Source: Bdellovibrionales bacterium (GTDB taxonomy: Bacteria > Bdellovibrionota > Bdellovibrionia > Bdellovibrionales > JAMPXM01). Taken from it: a DNA stretch of 34,345 nt. The notes below the pieces were generated by a model. It ran no database searches, was not told the DNA's origin, and saw only the letters and a program-made list of their open reading frames with translations. How positions within the stretch are numbered: the stretch's first letter is position 1; each line of letters opens with the position of its first letter. A program made the position numbers and the translations under genes. The DNA lies in contig JAYUEN010000388.1 of NCBI GenBank assembly GCA_043739185.1, positions 1 through 34,345 of the forward strand. Direction: 5' to 3'. Positions 7,512 through 16,767 of this stretch are shown here, piece after piece.

Positions 7512-9820
7512 GCACTCTGAGTCTCGTCTTTTTCAAAAGCCCGCAAATTTTGCAATAAAAGGGCTTCTTGTTCGGGACTGAAATTTTTGAATAGAATTCC
7601 GGTGCGAAAGCCGCCATCCGAGTCGGGCCATGCCCAGCGTACTTCGCCAAGAAGATTGCCGAGATTATTTTGAGTCAGAATTTTGTTGAGCTCGCCATCT
7701 TGGGAGTGAATCGAGAAAGAGAGAATGGCACCTCTACCGAAATATTTTTCGAGTTTGGCGCCCAAGCCTGATAGAGAAAAATCAAATAATCCTCCTTCAC
7801 TTGAGTCTTCAGTTAGTTTCAAATAGAGGCCGCCGACTTTGGCAGGCCAGCGAACGCGATTTCTTTCGGCCTTAGTTTTTGAGCGAATGAGGCGATGTCT
7901 ACTTTCTCGCAATATTGGCTCTTCGGCGAAAGGATCAAGCTCATAGGACTCTACAAGTTGAGAATAGTTTTTTACCGGAATATATTTCTTTATTAACTTT
8001 TCAGACAGTTGGCTCTTTTGCATCAGATGATCCCTGGTTACGGCTCCACATAAGATGTGATAGTTTTGACAGCCGGCTTCGAGGCGTTGAGCGAAGTTAA
8101 CCGCATGCCCGATTATGGTAAAGTCTATACGATTTTTTCCACCCAAATCGCCAATATAAACTTCACCTGTATTGACACCAATTCGAATCGGAAAAATATG
8201 AGACCCTTTTTTAAATGCTTCGATATCACGATTCAATATTTCTTTTTGAATGCGAATTGCGCAATTGAGGGCCTTTTCGGCGTGAGTGAATTTTTCTTTT
8301 TCATTCTTTGAATATTGATAGCCGAAATAACAGAGTAAGCCATCGCCCAGAGAACGATCGGTGATGCCGCCATATTCGTGCACAATTTCAGAAATCAGGC
8401 TGAGGATTTCTCTTAAATTGCTAAAAACAACTTGCGGAGGTTCGCGCTCTGCTGCTGCCGAAAAGCCGACAATATCAATAAATAAAATGGTCAGGACTTG
8501 ATTTTGGGGCTCAAGAATAAAGTGTCCATTTGCATTCAAAAGTTGTTTTAGTTTGTCGGGACCGACCATGCCTTCGAGAGAAATTTGAACGACCTTTGCG
8601 CTTGCTGCCATGAGGCGACTTTTCTCAGCAAATAAAACGGCGCCGCCAAAAAACACACCGATGGCTGGAAACGCCCATGGTAGGTGAAAAGTATAGAATT
8701 TGAAGGCATAATACCCACTTAAAAACAGCAGGCTTTCAATTAATAAAAGTACCGGCCAAATCCAAAATCCTGCTAAGGCCCAACCCAGAAAGCAACCGAT
8801 CATACAAGCAAGGGCAAGGTAGGCGAGCTCACCGCCAATCAGTGTGACCCAAGTACCATTGAGGGCGCTGTTGACAACTTCTGCCAATACAAAGCCGCCA
8901 GGAATTGAACCCGCAGGTGTGGCTTTATATGCCGTGGTTCCTTGATACATAGTGGTAAGTAAAATAACGACGTCGTCATTTTTGATATTAACTAAAGTTT
9001 TGCCTGCTCGGGCACTTTTGAGAAGGTCAATCATGCTGTAGGTATTCATCCAGTAGTTTAGCAAAGGCCCCATATTAACTAAGAGTGCGGCGTTTTCATT
9101 AACCGAAATGTGATGCTTATCAAAATAAATTTCGCCATTTTGGACACTGAGACCATCACCAAGGTTTAGGCCCCAATGAGGAATCGCTTGGCTTTCAGAA
9201 AATCGATAGAGAGGCTTAAGATAACCGTCGCCATCATCGTTTGTATGACCCAGGTGAGCAAAAGAATCAATAATTTCTGGCCTCGGTCCATAGGCAAAGG
9301 CTTTGAATATTTTTAAGGAGCCTAGTTGCTGATCAAAACTTTGCTTCGGAGTAAATTCATTCATAGTAAGAAACTTTATAGGCGCAACAATGGCGCCTGC
9401 ATTCACTGGAGCTGCTGCATGAAGTGCATTTTGAAAAGCATGAATCACATTGGGGTCTCGTGATAAAGGAAGTGAGAACGCTTTATCAATAAAGATGGCC
9501 TTCGGGTGGGATTTTGCCAGGGCTTCAAATAAAATCGTCCATTCTTCAATTGGCATTTGTTCGGATTGAATCTCATTCATGGTTTTTTGATCAACTGCAA
9601 AAATTTTGAGGTGCGGATTTAACTTAGAGTAATACTCAGTTTGGTTTCTGAGTCTAAACAACATTGGATTGACCAATCGATTGTATATGAATTCCTGGCC
9701 GTTGTTCACATAAAAAAGGGCCAGAAGAAAATAGATAATCAAACAAAGAAGCGCTGCTTTTTTCTTTGAAGCGGATGAATTAATGATCCAGGTTTTCTTA
9801 CTTAAAAGCTTTTGCATCAA
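7508..9820 (-). CDS. Membrane class III nucleotide cyclase: CHASE2-like sensor + TM helices + cyclase + PilZ
   Basis: N-terminal TM, IFAVDQK/IFID/TPAGSIPG (CHASE2-like), 3 TMs, ILFIDIVGFS, DRSLGDG, RIGVNTG, FTIIGHAVNFAQRLE; C-terminal ERNRVR and DFSLSG PilZ motifs. Confidence 0.88.
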   Translation of the reverse strand: MMQKLLSKKTWIINSSASKKKAALLCLIIYFLLALFYVNNGQEFIYNRLVNPMLFRLRNQTEYYSKLNPHLKIFAVDQKTMNEIQSEQMPIEEWTILFEALAKSHPKAIFIDKAFSLPLSRDPNVIHAFQNALHAAAPVNAGAIVAPIKFLTMNEFTPKQSFDQQLGSLKIFKAFAYGPRPEIIDSFAHLGHTNDDGDGYLKPLYRFSESQAIPHWGLNLGDGLSVQNGEIYFDKHHISVNENAALLVNMGPLLNYWMNTYSMIDLLKSARAGKTLVNIKNDDVVILLTTMYQGTTAYKATPAGSIPGGFVLAEVVNSALNGTWVTLIGGELAYLALACMIGCFLGWALAGFWIWPVLLLIESLLFLSGYYAFKFYTFHLPWAFPAIGVFFGGAVLFAEKSRLMAASAKVVQISLEGMVGPDKLKQLLNANGHFILEPQNQVLTILFIDIVGFSAAAEREPPQVVFSNLREILSLISEIVHEYGGITDRSLGDGLLCYFGYQYSKNEKEKFTHAEKALNCAIRIQKEILNRDIEAFKKGSHIFPIRIGVNTGEVYIGDLGGKNRIDFTIIGHAVNFAQRLEAGCQNYHILCGAVTRDHLMQKSQLSEKLIKKYIPVKNYSQLVESYELDPFAEEPILRESRHRLIRSKTKAERNRVRWPAKVGGLYLKLTEDSSEGGLFDFSLSGLGAKLEKYFGRGAILSFSIHSQDGELNKILTQNNLGNLLGEVRWAWPDSDGGFRTGILFKNFSPEQEALLLQNLRAFEKDETQSA

Positions 9821-9839
9821 TGCGACCCTTCTGTGTCAA

Positions 9840-9866
9840 TTATCGGAATGTACGGCCTGAACATTA
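9840..9866 (-). promoter_or_regulatory. Putative sigma28 (FliA) promoter
   Basis: Minus strand TAAT-N15-TCCGATAA versus consensus TAAA-N15-GCCGATAA, about 20 nt before the cyclase start. Confidence 0.5.
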
Positions 9867-10122
9867 AATGAAATGACTTTTGAATTCGGGTACTTATTTG
9901 ATTTAAATTCTAGAGGCACCAGGCACAAAAATAGGATTCGACAAAAGGCGGGGCTAAGTAATTTTCTAGTGTCTTATATTGATACAATTCACTTTTTTGG
10001 CGTCGATAATCCTGTCATGATTTTGCTGTTTTGAAATAATCTATTCGAGTACAGCGGGTTAAAATTATTCTATTCATTATAAATCGGCATAGATAGTGAA
10101 GCTTCTTAAGCTAGGGGGCTTC

Positions 10123-11601
10123 ATGAATTTTGAATATATTAAAAGCAGCATAAAAATCAGTGCAATGGCTTTCTTTGTATTATGTGGTTCACTGAGCTTT
10201 CAAAACTGTGGCGGCAATTTTGATACTTTGAAGTCTTCATCAGCTCTGCAAAGTGTCGCACCTATTTTTTCAAGTGGCTCTCCTCTTCATCTCAATGAAA
10301 TTGCCAACCAAAACTCTGGCGATAGTTCGATCAGTGCTCCTGCGCTCGGAAGCACTATTTCAATTTCAACTTCATCACGCCTCGCGGGCGCGATTGGCTC
10401 GCTTACTTGGAATGGCAAAGAATTTATTAATCAAGATGATCATGGGCGAGAATTGCAATCGGCTTCTGCATTTGATGGCCTCGGGGAATGTTTTAATCCG
10501 ACTGAGGCAGGATCCTTGGCCGATAACGCGACTTCGACTAGCATTCTGATTGGACTTGAGGCTGTAGGTAATAATTTGCAAACGACATCGCAAATGGCAT
10601 TTTGGACCCCCGTCAATTACTCCTATCCGAGTGGCTGTGGCGGAAACCCAAATATCACCGTCGCTCAAAATAGGTCGAATCTCTCAAATGATTTACTAAC
10701 GAAAAAAGTAAGCATCGGGTACGCAGGACTTTCAAACGTAATTGAATATTTAGTTGATTTTAAAGTCTCTGAAGATCATAAGTCGGCGACCTTTGAAGCA
10801 CTCACTGGTTATATGGGCACAGATTTTAAAAATGCTTGGACCTTTGATCCTACTCATAAATCACTTCAAGCGATTAGCTTCAATAATCTTTCGCCCGAGC
10901 AAAATCTGCCGATTATACTTTCTACTGAAGATCAACAATACGCTATGGGAATATATTCACCAGATTTGCCGCAGGCCAATTTTCCCGATGCAGGATATGG
11001 TCGCTTTGAATTGTCAGTCTATAATACCATGAAGTGGAATGCGGTATTTCGTAGAGGAGATACCCCCGCGGGCGATTATAGTTTTCGATTATATGTAGTT
11101 GTCGGCCGGCTATCTGACGTGAGCTCCGGCATGCTTGCGACTTATCAAGCTTTCAGTCCTATTTCGCCTCCAATTTTGATCACCCCGCCAGTTGGGACAG
11201 TTCCGCCAATTCCGACAAGTCCCCCGGCACTAGCGCAAATTTATCGCTTTTATAATGTCATGACTGGAGAGCACTTCTTCACGGCCTCAAAGTTTGAAGG
11301 ATTGAATGCCGGCTTTCTATTTGAATCAGAGGCTTTTAAATTTCTTGCCTCTAAGGATGCTAATTCCATCCCTATTTACCGCTGTTACACAAACAGGCAT
11401 TTCATTTCGCTGATTGCAAGCTGCGAGGGAGCCACACTTGAAGGGCAGTATGGCTGGATTTACACTGTCCCGCCGGCAGGAAGCTCCCCATTGTATCGCT
11501 TTTTCAATCCTGCCAACGGCGATCACCTTGAAACCACAAATTATTATGAAGGCATCAATGCGCGATACAATTTCGAAGTAGTTTTGGGTTATGTCTATTG
11601 A
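10123..11601 (+). CDS. Exported/lipoprotein (FQNC signal) with C-terminal DUF5648-like repeats
   Basis: ATG at 10123 after GGGGG RBS; SFQNCGG; uncharacterised central domain (AGAIGSLTWNGKEFIN..DHGRELQS); Pro-rich linker; repeats IYRFYN..GEHFFT, PIYRCY..HFIS, PLYRFFN..GDH. Confidence 0.8.
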   Translation: MNFEYIKSSIKISAMAFFVLCGSLSFQNCGGNFDTLKSSSALQSVAPIFSSGSPLHLNEIANQNSGDSSISAPALGSTISISTSSRLAGAIGSLTWNGKEFINQDDHGRELQSASAFDGLGECFNPTEAGSLADNATSTSILIGLEAVGNNLQTTSQMAFWTPVNYSYPSGCGGNPNITVAQNRSNLSNDLLTKKVSIGYAGLSNVIEYLVDFKVSEDHKSATFEALTGYMGTDFKNAWTFDPTHKSLQAISFNNLSPEQNLPIILSTEDQQYAMGIYSPDLPQANFPDAGYGRFELSVYNTMKWNAVFRRGDTPAGDYSFRLYVVVGRLSDVSSGMLATYQAFSPISPPILITPPVGTVPPIPTSPPALAQIYRFYNVMTGEHFFTASKFEGLNAGFLFESEAFKFLASKDANSIPIYRCYTNRHFISLIASCEGATLEGQYGWIYTVPPAGSSPLYRFFNPANGDHLETTNYYEGINARYNFEVVLGYVY

Positions 11602-11688
11602 TCAATCGCTTGATCAGTCGAGCTGAATATTGAGCGGTTTTGAGCGGTGCCACTTGTATTATTGCAAAATTAAAGCATTATTTCTGCT

Positions 11689-13452
11689 ATGAAAAAATCT
11701 CGATTATTATGTTTTTTGATTTTGATTGTAATAAGCGAAGGCTGTTCGCAGGCGCAGAAGTCTGAAAATTCACCGAATTCAAAGGTGTTCCCATTTGCAG
11801 TTCAGCAAAATTCCGAAACGCGAAATCAGTACGAAGCGATTGGCAAATCATTCGTGATTTCGACTCAAGGAGTTGCAAGTACCAAAGCTGCAGCTCAAAT
11901 GTTTCATCAGGGCGGAAATATCATTGATGCCGCGGTTGCAGCTTCTTTTGCAATTTCAGTTGAGAGGCCGCATTCAACAGGTATTGGTGGCGGAGGCTTT
12001 CTGATTTATCGAGAAGCTAAAACGCAAAAAGTTTATGCCATTGATTTTCGCGAACGAGCGCCTTTGAAAGCCACGGAGAAAATGTTTTTGAATTCAGGCG
12101 GCGAGGTGATTCCGAAACTATCGACTGACGGAATCTTGGCAGCAGGCACGCCAGGCATGGTTGCCGGTGTACTTGAAATTCACAAACGCTTCGGAAAACT
12201 TTCGAGACTTCAGGTGATGGCTCCAGCTCAGTTATTAGCTGAAAATGGTTTTGCAGTTTACAAAGATTTGGCTGCAGCCATACTGGAGCGAAAATCAATT
12301 TTATCTCAGTACCCAGCATCAGCAAAAATATTTTTAAAAGCAAATGAAGAGCCCTATAGGTTAGGCGATATTTTGGTCCAAAAAGATCTGGCGCAAACGC
12401 TAGGCAAAATATCAAAGCAAGGGGCTGAAGTATTTTATCGAGGAGAGATTGCGAGGGCCATTGTAAAAGAAAGTAAAAGTCAAAAAGGCATTCTAAGTTT
12501 ACAAGATTTAAATAAATACAAAGTGAAGTGGCGCGAACCGGTGAAGGGAAGTTTTCATGGCTTTGATATTTATTCGATGCCACCGCCAAGTTCGGGCGGA
12601 ACTCATGTTGTCGAAATTTTAAATATTTTAGAGCATGATGCTCTTGGGACTATGGGATACGGATCTGTCGATGCAATTCATTTAGAGGCCTCAGCAATGC
12701 AACAGGCATTTGCAGATCGCGCAAGTTTTATGGGAGATCCTGAATTTTTAAAGAGTATTCCTTTAAAAGGATTGCTTTCTAAATCTTATGCAGAAGTCAT
12801 TCGAAAAAATATTTCACTCGAACATTCTAAAAAAATTAATGAGGTTGGGGCCGGGAATCCTCAAAAGTATGAATCGCTCGAAACGACGAACTTTAGTATC
12901 CTAGACTCTGAAGGGAACATGGTTGTTTCAACCCAAACCATTAACGGCTGGATGGGCTCGGGCTTGGTGGTTTCAGGGACCGGAATATTGCTAAACAATG
13001 AAATGGATGACTTCTCGGCAAAACCCGGAGCAAGCAATTTGTACGGCGCGGTTGGCAGCACCGCCAATGCGATTGCGCCCTTAAAAACTCCTTTGAGTAG
13101 CATGGCGCCAACGATTATTTTGAAGAATCAGCTACCGGTTCTTGGCCTCGGTGCTCCGGGCGGCACTCGCATTATCACTTGCGTTGCGCAGACAATATTA
13201 AATTATTTAGACTTTAAGCTCCCGCTTTATGAATCGATAAGTTATTTGAGAATTCACCATCAATGGAGTCCAGATCAAATTGTTCTTGAATCTCCTGGCT
13301 TTAGTAAATTAGTTCAGCAAGGTCTTCAGGAAAAAGGATACAAAGTCTTAGTTTCTGATATTGGATGTCGGGTCAACGCTGTTGCCAATGAAACTGCAAA
13401 CCTCAAAGGAGTTGCCGATCCTCGTGATTTAGGGGCTAGCTACGGGGAATAA
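11689..13452 (+). CDS. ggt: Gamma-glutamyltransferase
   Basis: GGNIIDAAVA, GIGGGGF, IDFRERAP, PPPSSGG, AFADR, ETTNFS (nucleophile Thr), LLNNEMDDFS, PLSSMAP, GAPGG, ADPR; lipoprotein-like signal. Confidence 0.95.
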   Translation: MKKSRLLCFLILIVISEGCSQAQKSENSPNSKVFPFAVQQNSETRNQYEAIGKSFVISTQGVASTKAAAQMFHQGGNIIDAAVAASFAISVERPHSTGIGGGGFLIYREAKTQKVYAIDFRERAPLKATEKMFLNSGGEVIPKLSTDGILAAGTPGMVAGVLEIHKRFGKLSRLQVMAPAQLLAENGFAVYKDLAAAILERKSILSQYPASAKIFLKANEEPYRLGDILVQKDLAQTLGKISKQGAEVFYRGEIARAIVKESKSQKGILSLQDLNKYKVKWREPVKGSFHGFDIYSMPPPSSGGTHVVEILNILEHDALGTMGYGSVDAIHLEASAMQQAFADRASFMGDPEFLKSIPLKGLLSKSYAEVIRKNISLEHSKKINEVGAGNPQKYESLETTNFSILDSEGNMVVSTQTINGWMGSGLVVSGTGILLNNEMDDFSAKPGASNLYGAVGSTANAIAPLKTPLSSMAPTIILKNQLPVLGLGAPGGTRIITCVAQTILNYLDFKLPLYESISYLRIHHQWSPDQIVLESPGFSKLVQQGLQEKGYKVLVSDIGCRVNAVANETANLKGVADPRDLGASYGE

Positions 13453-13482
13453 GGTCTCAATTTCAGATTTTAAATTGCAGGC

Positions 13483-13854
13483 GTGGTCGTGTTAAAAGAA
13501 ATCTTTTTAATTTTTACTGTCTTTTTATTTCTTCAAATCAATTACGCCTTTGCAAAAGTGATTACGACTATAAAAGATATTCCCGCTAGAGTCTTGAAGT
13601 CTTGTTTTGACTATCAAGGGAGAATTGCAGATATTGGTGCTGCCTGGAATCCGTCAGATGTGGGAGCCGAGGGACCTCACGCTAGGTTATTGGCCGCCTG
13701 CCAAATTAAGGAGGATCGTTGGATTATTGCCTGTGAAAAAGGAGGAATTGCTCACCAATATTTTACAGTTGAGATTCATAGAGAGAATTTAAAAGCCTGG
13801 GGTAAGCCAAGAGTCAAAAAGTTTTCAATAGTACCAAGCTTGAAATGTCCCTAA
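13483..13854 (+). CDS. Secreted hypothetical protein
   Basis: Signal peptide ending AFA; 4 Cys; EKGGIA motif. Confidence 0.7.
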   Translation: MVVLKEIFLIFTVFLFLQINYAFAKVITTIKDIPARVLKSCFDYQGRIADIGAAWNPSDVGAEGPHARLLAACQIKEDRWIIACEKGGIAHQYFTVEIHRENLKAWGKPRVKKFSIVPSLKCP

Positions 13855-13858
13855 CCAG

Positions 13859-15211
13859 CTACTTTCCTCGCTCTAGCATTACTGCGACTTGTAATCCGCC
13901 GCTGCTGACGTTGACCTTAAGACCCTTATTGGTGGCTCGGCTCATTAGGCCGCCAACTTCAAAGTGTCGATACTGACCATTTTGCCAATCGTAGTGTACG
14001 AATACTCCAAGATCTGAAATGGCCCGTTTTGGTCTCGAAAGAATGCCATCGACATCGATTGAGTTAAGGAGAGTTTTCTTTTGCAAAACATATTCATGCT
14101 CTTGCCTGGTTTTGACTTTCTTTAATTGGCGAACCAGATCTTGACCCATATATACTTGTTGCCCACCAAATCCGTCGACGTGCTTCAGAACTAAACTATT
14201 ACTCCTGGCCAGAACCTGTTCACGTTGTCTTTCAAGTGAAAAGGCAGGTAAAATGCTATTTTGCAATTTGCTTGAGCTGCCTAGTAGTTTACGCCTCAAT
14301 AGTGGATCATTTAAAAGAATCAATATTGTTTTAGATGCCACCAGGCCCGTTACGAATGGTCCATACTGGGGAGTTTGGGAACGAATGATTTTGGCGTAGA
14401 GTTCTCGACCTTTTTTATAATCTGAAAGTCCAAACGCGAAACTCATATTGAGGGCGTCGGGAATTAACCTTGCGCCAATTTTCACGCGACCTTTTTGAAA
14501 TGAAAATTTCTCTTTTTTTAACAGGGGAAAATCATCATCAATTTTACAATTAAATTGCTCAGGTGATATCAAATGTACTCTGGCCCCCATTTGCTCAGCG
14601 GTTTGTAAAAGATATTCTTCGTCCCAGTTATAGCAATCGTATTGAATACGAGCGGTATGAGTTCCGAGCCTTTGCATATTGCGAACTTCGGCTGCGGCAG
14701 TATCCATTGAGATCACGCGTTTTTTAAGTTGCGGAAGCAAATCTAAGAGTGTCTTCTGAAAGAACGAAGAGCGCGCAAGACCATCAAAGCCAATTTCATT
14801 AATTTCAAGAAGTTGTAAGGGATGAGTTGAATTGGGTGGGCCAACAACGGCCATATCAAAACGAAAACTTCCGGTCAGACGTTTTGGCCGAAAGCGAAGC
14901 ACTTCAAGATCATCAATCAGAAAATCACGAATTGGCCCGCGTGGCACAATGGCTCGAATTTCTTTTTCTGAAAGTGAAAGCAGGCGCAAACAAAAAGTTG
15001 TAACATCCTTTGCGTTTTTCTTTATCACGGGTAGGTAAGAGGCCGGCAAAAGCCTCGGAAGAACCGAGAAGTCATCGTCCGTCACGTCCATCAGATTTGA
15101 ATCGACAAAAGCATTCCAAACCGCAATTTTGTGATCGCCTAAATTCAGATGTTGTAGAGATTTTCGGACATCAGAAGAAGAATTTTCGTGATAGTAGTTT
15201 TTAAAGTTCAT
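13859..15211 (-). CDS. Circularly permuted ATP-grasp-like (glutathionylspermidine synthase/CP-ATPgrasp-type) ligase
   Basis: FRFD and LLEINE precede VLKHVDGFGGQQV, YVLQK, GLMSR and KVNVSSGG, the permuted ATP-grasp motif order. Confidence 0.7.
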   Translation of the reverse strand: MNFKNYYHENSSSDVRKSLQHLNLGDHKIAVWNAFVDSNLMDVTDDDFSVLPRLLPASYLPVIKKNAKDVTTFCLRLLSLSEKEIRAIVPRGPIRDFLIDDLEVLRFRPKRLTGSFRFDMAVVGPPNSTHPLQLLEINEIGFDGLARSSFFQKTLLDLLPQLKKRVISMDTAAAEVRNMQRLGTHTARIQYDCYNWDEEYLLQTAEQMGARVHLISPEQFNCKIDDDFPLLKKEKFSFQKGRVKIGARLIPDALNMSFAFGLSDYKKGRELYAKIIRSQTPQYGPFVTGLVASKTILILLNDPLLRRKLLGSSSKLQNSILPAFSLERQREQVLARSNSLVLKHVDGFGGQQVYMGQDLVRQLKKVKTRQEHEYVLQKKTLLNSIDVDGILSRPKRAISDLGVFVHYDWQNGQYRHFEVGGLMSRATNKGLKVNVSSGGLQVAVMLERGK

Positions 15212-15294
15212 GTGAATTATTTAAGCCTGTTCTACAGACTTTTGCAAATAAATGTGTTTTTAAAAACTGGGCTTTTGGGCGAGTTTGTCCGCGT

Positions 15295-15810
15295 CTATTC
15301 TTTTATTGCCGATTTGTAGCGAGGGTCTGTTTTAATCACTTCTTTTACTTTATCGCAATCAACATAGTACTGACCATCACCATGCCAGTCTTTAGAGTCC
15401 CTGGCGACTCCAGTGCCGAAGCTCAAATCATCAGCGCGCTTGGTATTTCGATTTTGCTCTAGCCCAAAGGATTCCCATCGGCATTCAGCCCCAGTTAAAG
15501 TGCTGTCATGGTAAACTTGCAGCAAAGGACGATTTGTGGTGCGCCGAACAATTATAAAACCCCCTCGTTGCTTTGCAATTTGAATAGGTTCGCCCCAAAC
15601 TGGTTGCTCAATCCAAATGCGAACCCCATGACGATTAACTAAATCGGCGTCGAAGTCTGTAACTTCAACCTTTGGCGGGAGATCCTTTTTGGATTTCATA
15701 AATGAAGGTGTGCCCACATTGAAGGGCAAAATTGTACATGACGAAATAAAGCCTGCAAAAACTAGAAATGAGAGAATCTTAAACAAATGGGCCTCCTTAG
15801 GTTTATACAT
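15295..15810 (-). CDS. Lipoprotein of unknown function
   Basis: Lipobox ISSC; one further Cys pair. Confidence 0.75.
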   Translation of the reverse strand: MYKPKEAHLFKILSFLVFAGFISSCTILPFNVGTPSFMKSKKDLPPKVEVTDFDADLVNRHGVRIWIEQPVWGEPIQIAKQRGGFIIVRRTTNRPLLQVYHDSTLTGAECRWESFGLEQNRNTKRADDLSFGTGVARDSKDWHGDGQYYVDCDKVKEVIKTDPRYKSAIKE

Positions 15811-15855
15811 TTAGGATTGGGCGCGAATGTATCGAGCCTCAAACTAACTTTATAT

Positions 15856-15982
15856 TTTGCAAAATTTGAAAACAAACCAAACAAAGGCTTCAAAATGAAA
15901 ACTGTTTTCCCATTGAAGACACCCAGGCCAATGGTGGATGGCTGTTTACAATTTGAAAACACCTGTTTTCAATTTAAGTTTG
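15856..15982. promoter_or_regulatory. Array of about 5 palindromic operator-like sites, consensus TGTTTTC-N5-GAAAACA
   Basis: 15856 TTTGCAA-AATTT-GAAAACA; 15885 AGGCTTC-AAAAT-GAAAACT; 15903 TGTTTTC-CCATT-GAAGACA; 15943 TGTTTAC-AATTT-GAAAACA; 15964 TGTTTTC-AATTT-(half site). Confidence 0.7.
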
Positions 15983-16017
15983 ACTTATAGGAGGCTTTAT
16001 ACAAAAACTTCAAAATC

Positions 16018-16761
16018 ATGAAGTTTCATCAAGACTTTTTAACGCAACAATTATTTGAAAGAAAAAAGAAGAACAACCAGTTCTCATTACGGGCCTTTGC
16101 CCGAATCCTTGAAATAAGCCCCTCGCAACTATCAGGACTTATTAGCGGGAAAAAGAATCTAACGCCAAAACAAGCTGCACATTTGATCGAAAAGCTTGAA
16201 TTGAATGAGGATGATTCTACTAAAATGATTCGTGAAATGCATCCCGGATTTAAAGCTCCCAAGACTGCCCTGACTAGCATTCAGACGCTAACGGCTGATC
16301 AATTTCGCCTTATTTCGGATTGGTACCATTTTGCGATTTTAAGTCTAGGAGAGTTTTCAGACAATCAATATAGTTCGAGGTGGATCTCCCAAAAACTCGG
16401 TATCGATCCCACTTTTGCAAGAGAAGCCATGTCCAGGTTAGAAAGGATGGGGATTATAAGGGTTAAAGATGGCCGATTCAAGCAGACGACAAAGCCTCTC
16501 ACAACATCCAAAGATGTTCCTTCAAGTGCAATTCGCTCATATCATCGACAAAATTTGCAGTTGGCATCAGAGAAGCTTGAAAGTGTGCCAGTTGAGCACA
16601 GAGAATTTTTGTCGATTACAACAGCTACCAGTCGCAAAAAAATTGAAAGAGCAAAAAAAATGATATCTGAATTCAGTCAAAAACTTTCGGCTGAACTTGA
16701 ATGCGAAAATCCAACAGAAGTGTATACCCTTGCTATACAATTATTTCCGGTGACCAAGTGA
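16018..16761 (+). CDS. TIGR02147 family protein (XRE-like HTH + DUF4423), short type
   Basis: NNQFSLRAFARILEISPSQLSGLISGKKNLT, FRLISDWYHFAIL, SSAIRSYH, HREF.SIT, VYTLAIQLFPVT. Confidence 0.9.
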   Translation: MKFHQDFLTQQLFERKKKNNQFSLRAFARILEISPSQLSGLISGKKNLTPKQAAHLIEKLELNEDDSTKMIREMHPGFKAPKTALTSIQTLTADQFRLISDWYHFAILSLGEFSDNQYSSRWISQKLGIDPTFAREAMSRLERMGIIRVKDGRFKQTTKPLTTSKDVPSSAIRSYHRQNLQLASEKLESVPVEHREFLSITTATSRKKIERAKKMISEFSQKLSAELECENPTEVYTLAIQLFPVTK

Positions 16762-16767
16762 GGATTT

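Noticed and set aside
11598..11649. TGATCAA-TCGC-TTGATCA hairpin and duplicated TTGAGCGGT
   Set aside because: Short, weak and without a U-tract; not distinguishable from chance or local slippage.
12017..12589. 190-aa minus-strand ORF and other antisense ORFs inside ggt, ldhA, the kinase, M20 and PKD genes
   Set aside because: Fully overlapped by well-supported genes; no motifs.
15787..15990. ORFs across the operator array; CRISPR or iteron interpretation of the repeats
   Set aside because: Repeats are short degenerate palindromes with irregular spacing; no cas or rep gene; the ORFs are by-products of the repeats.
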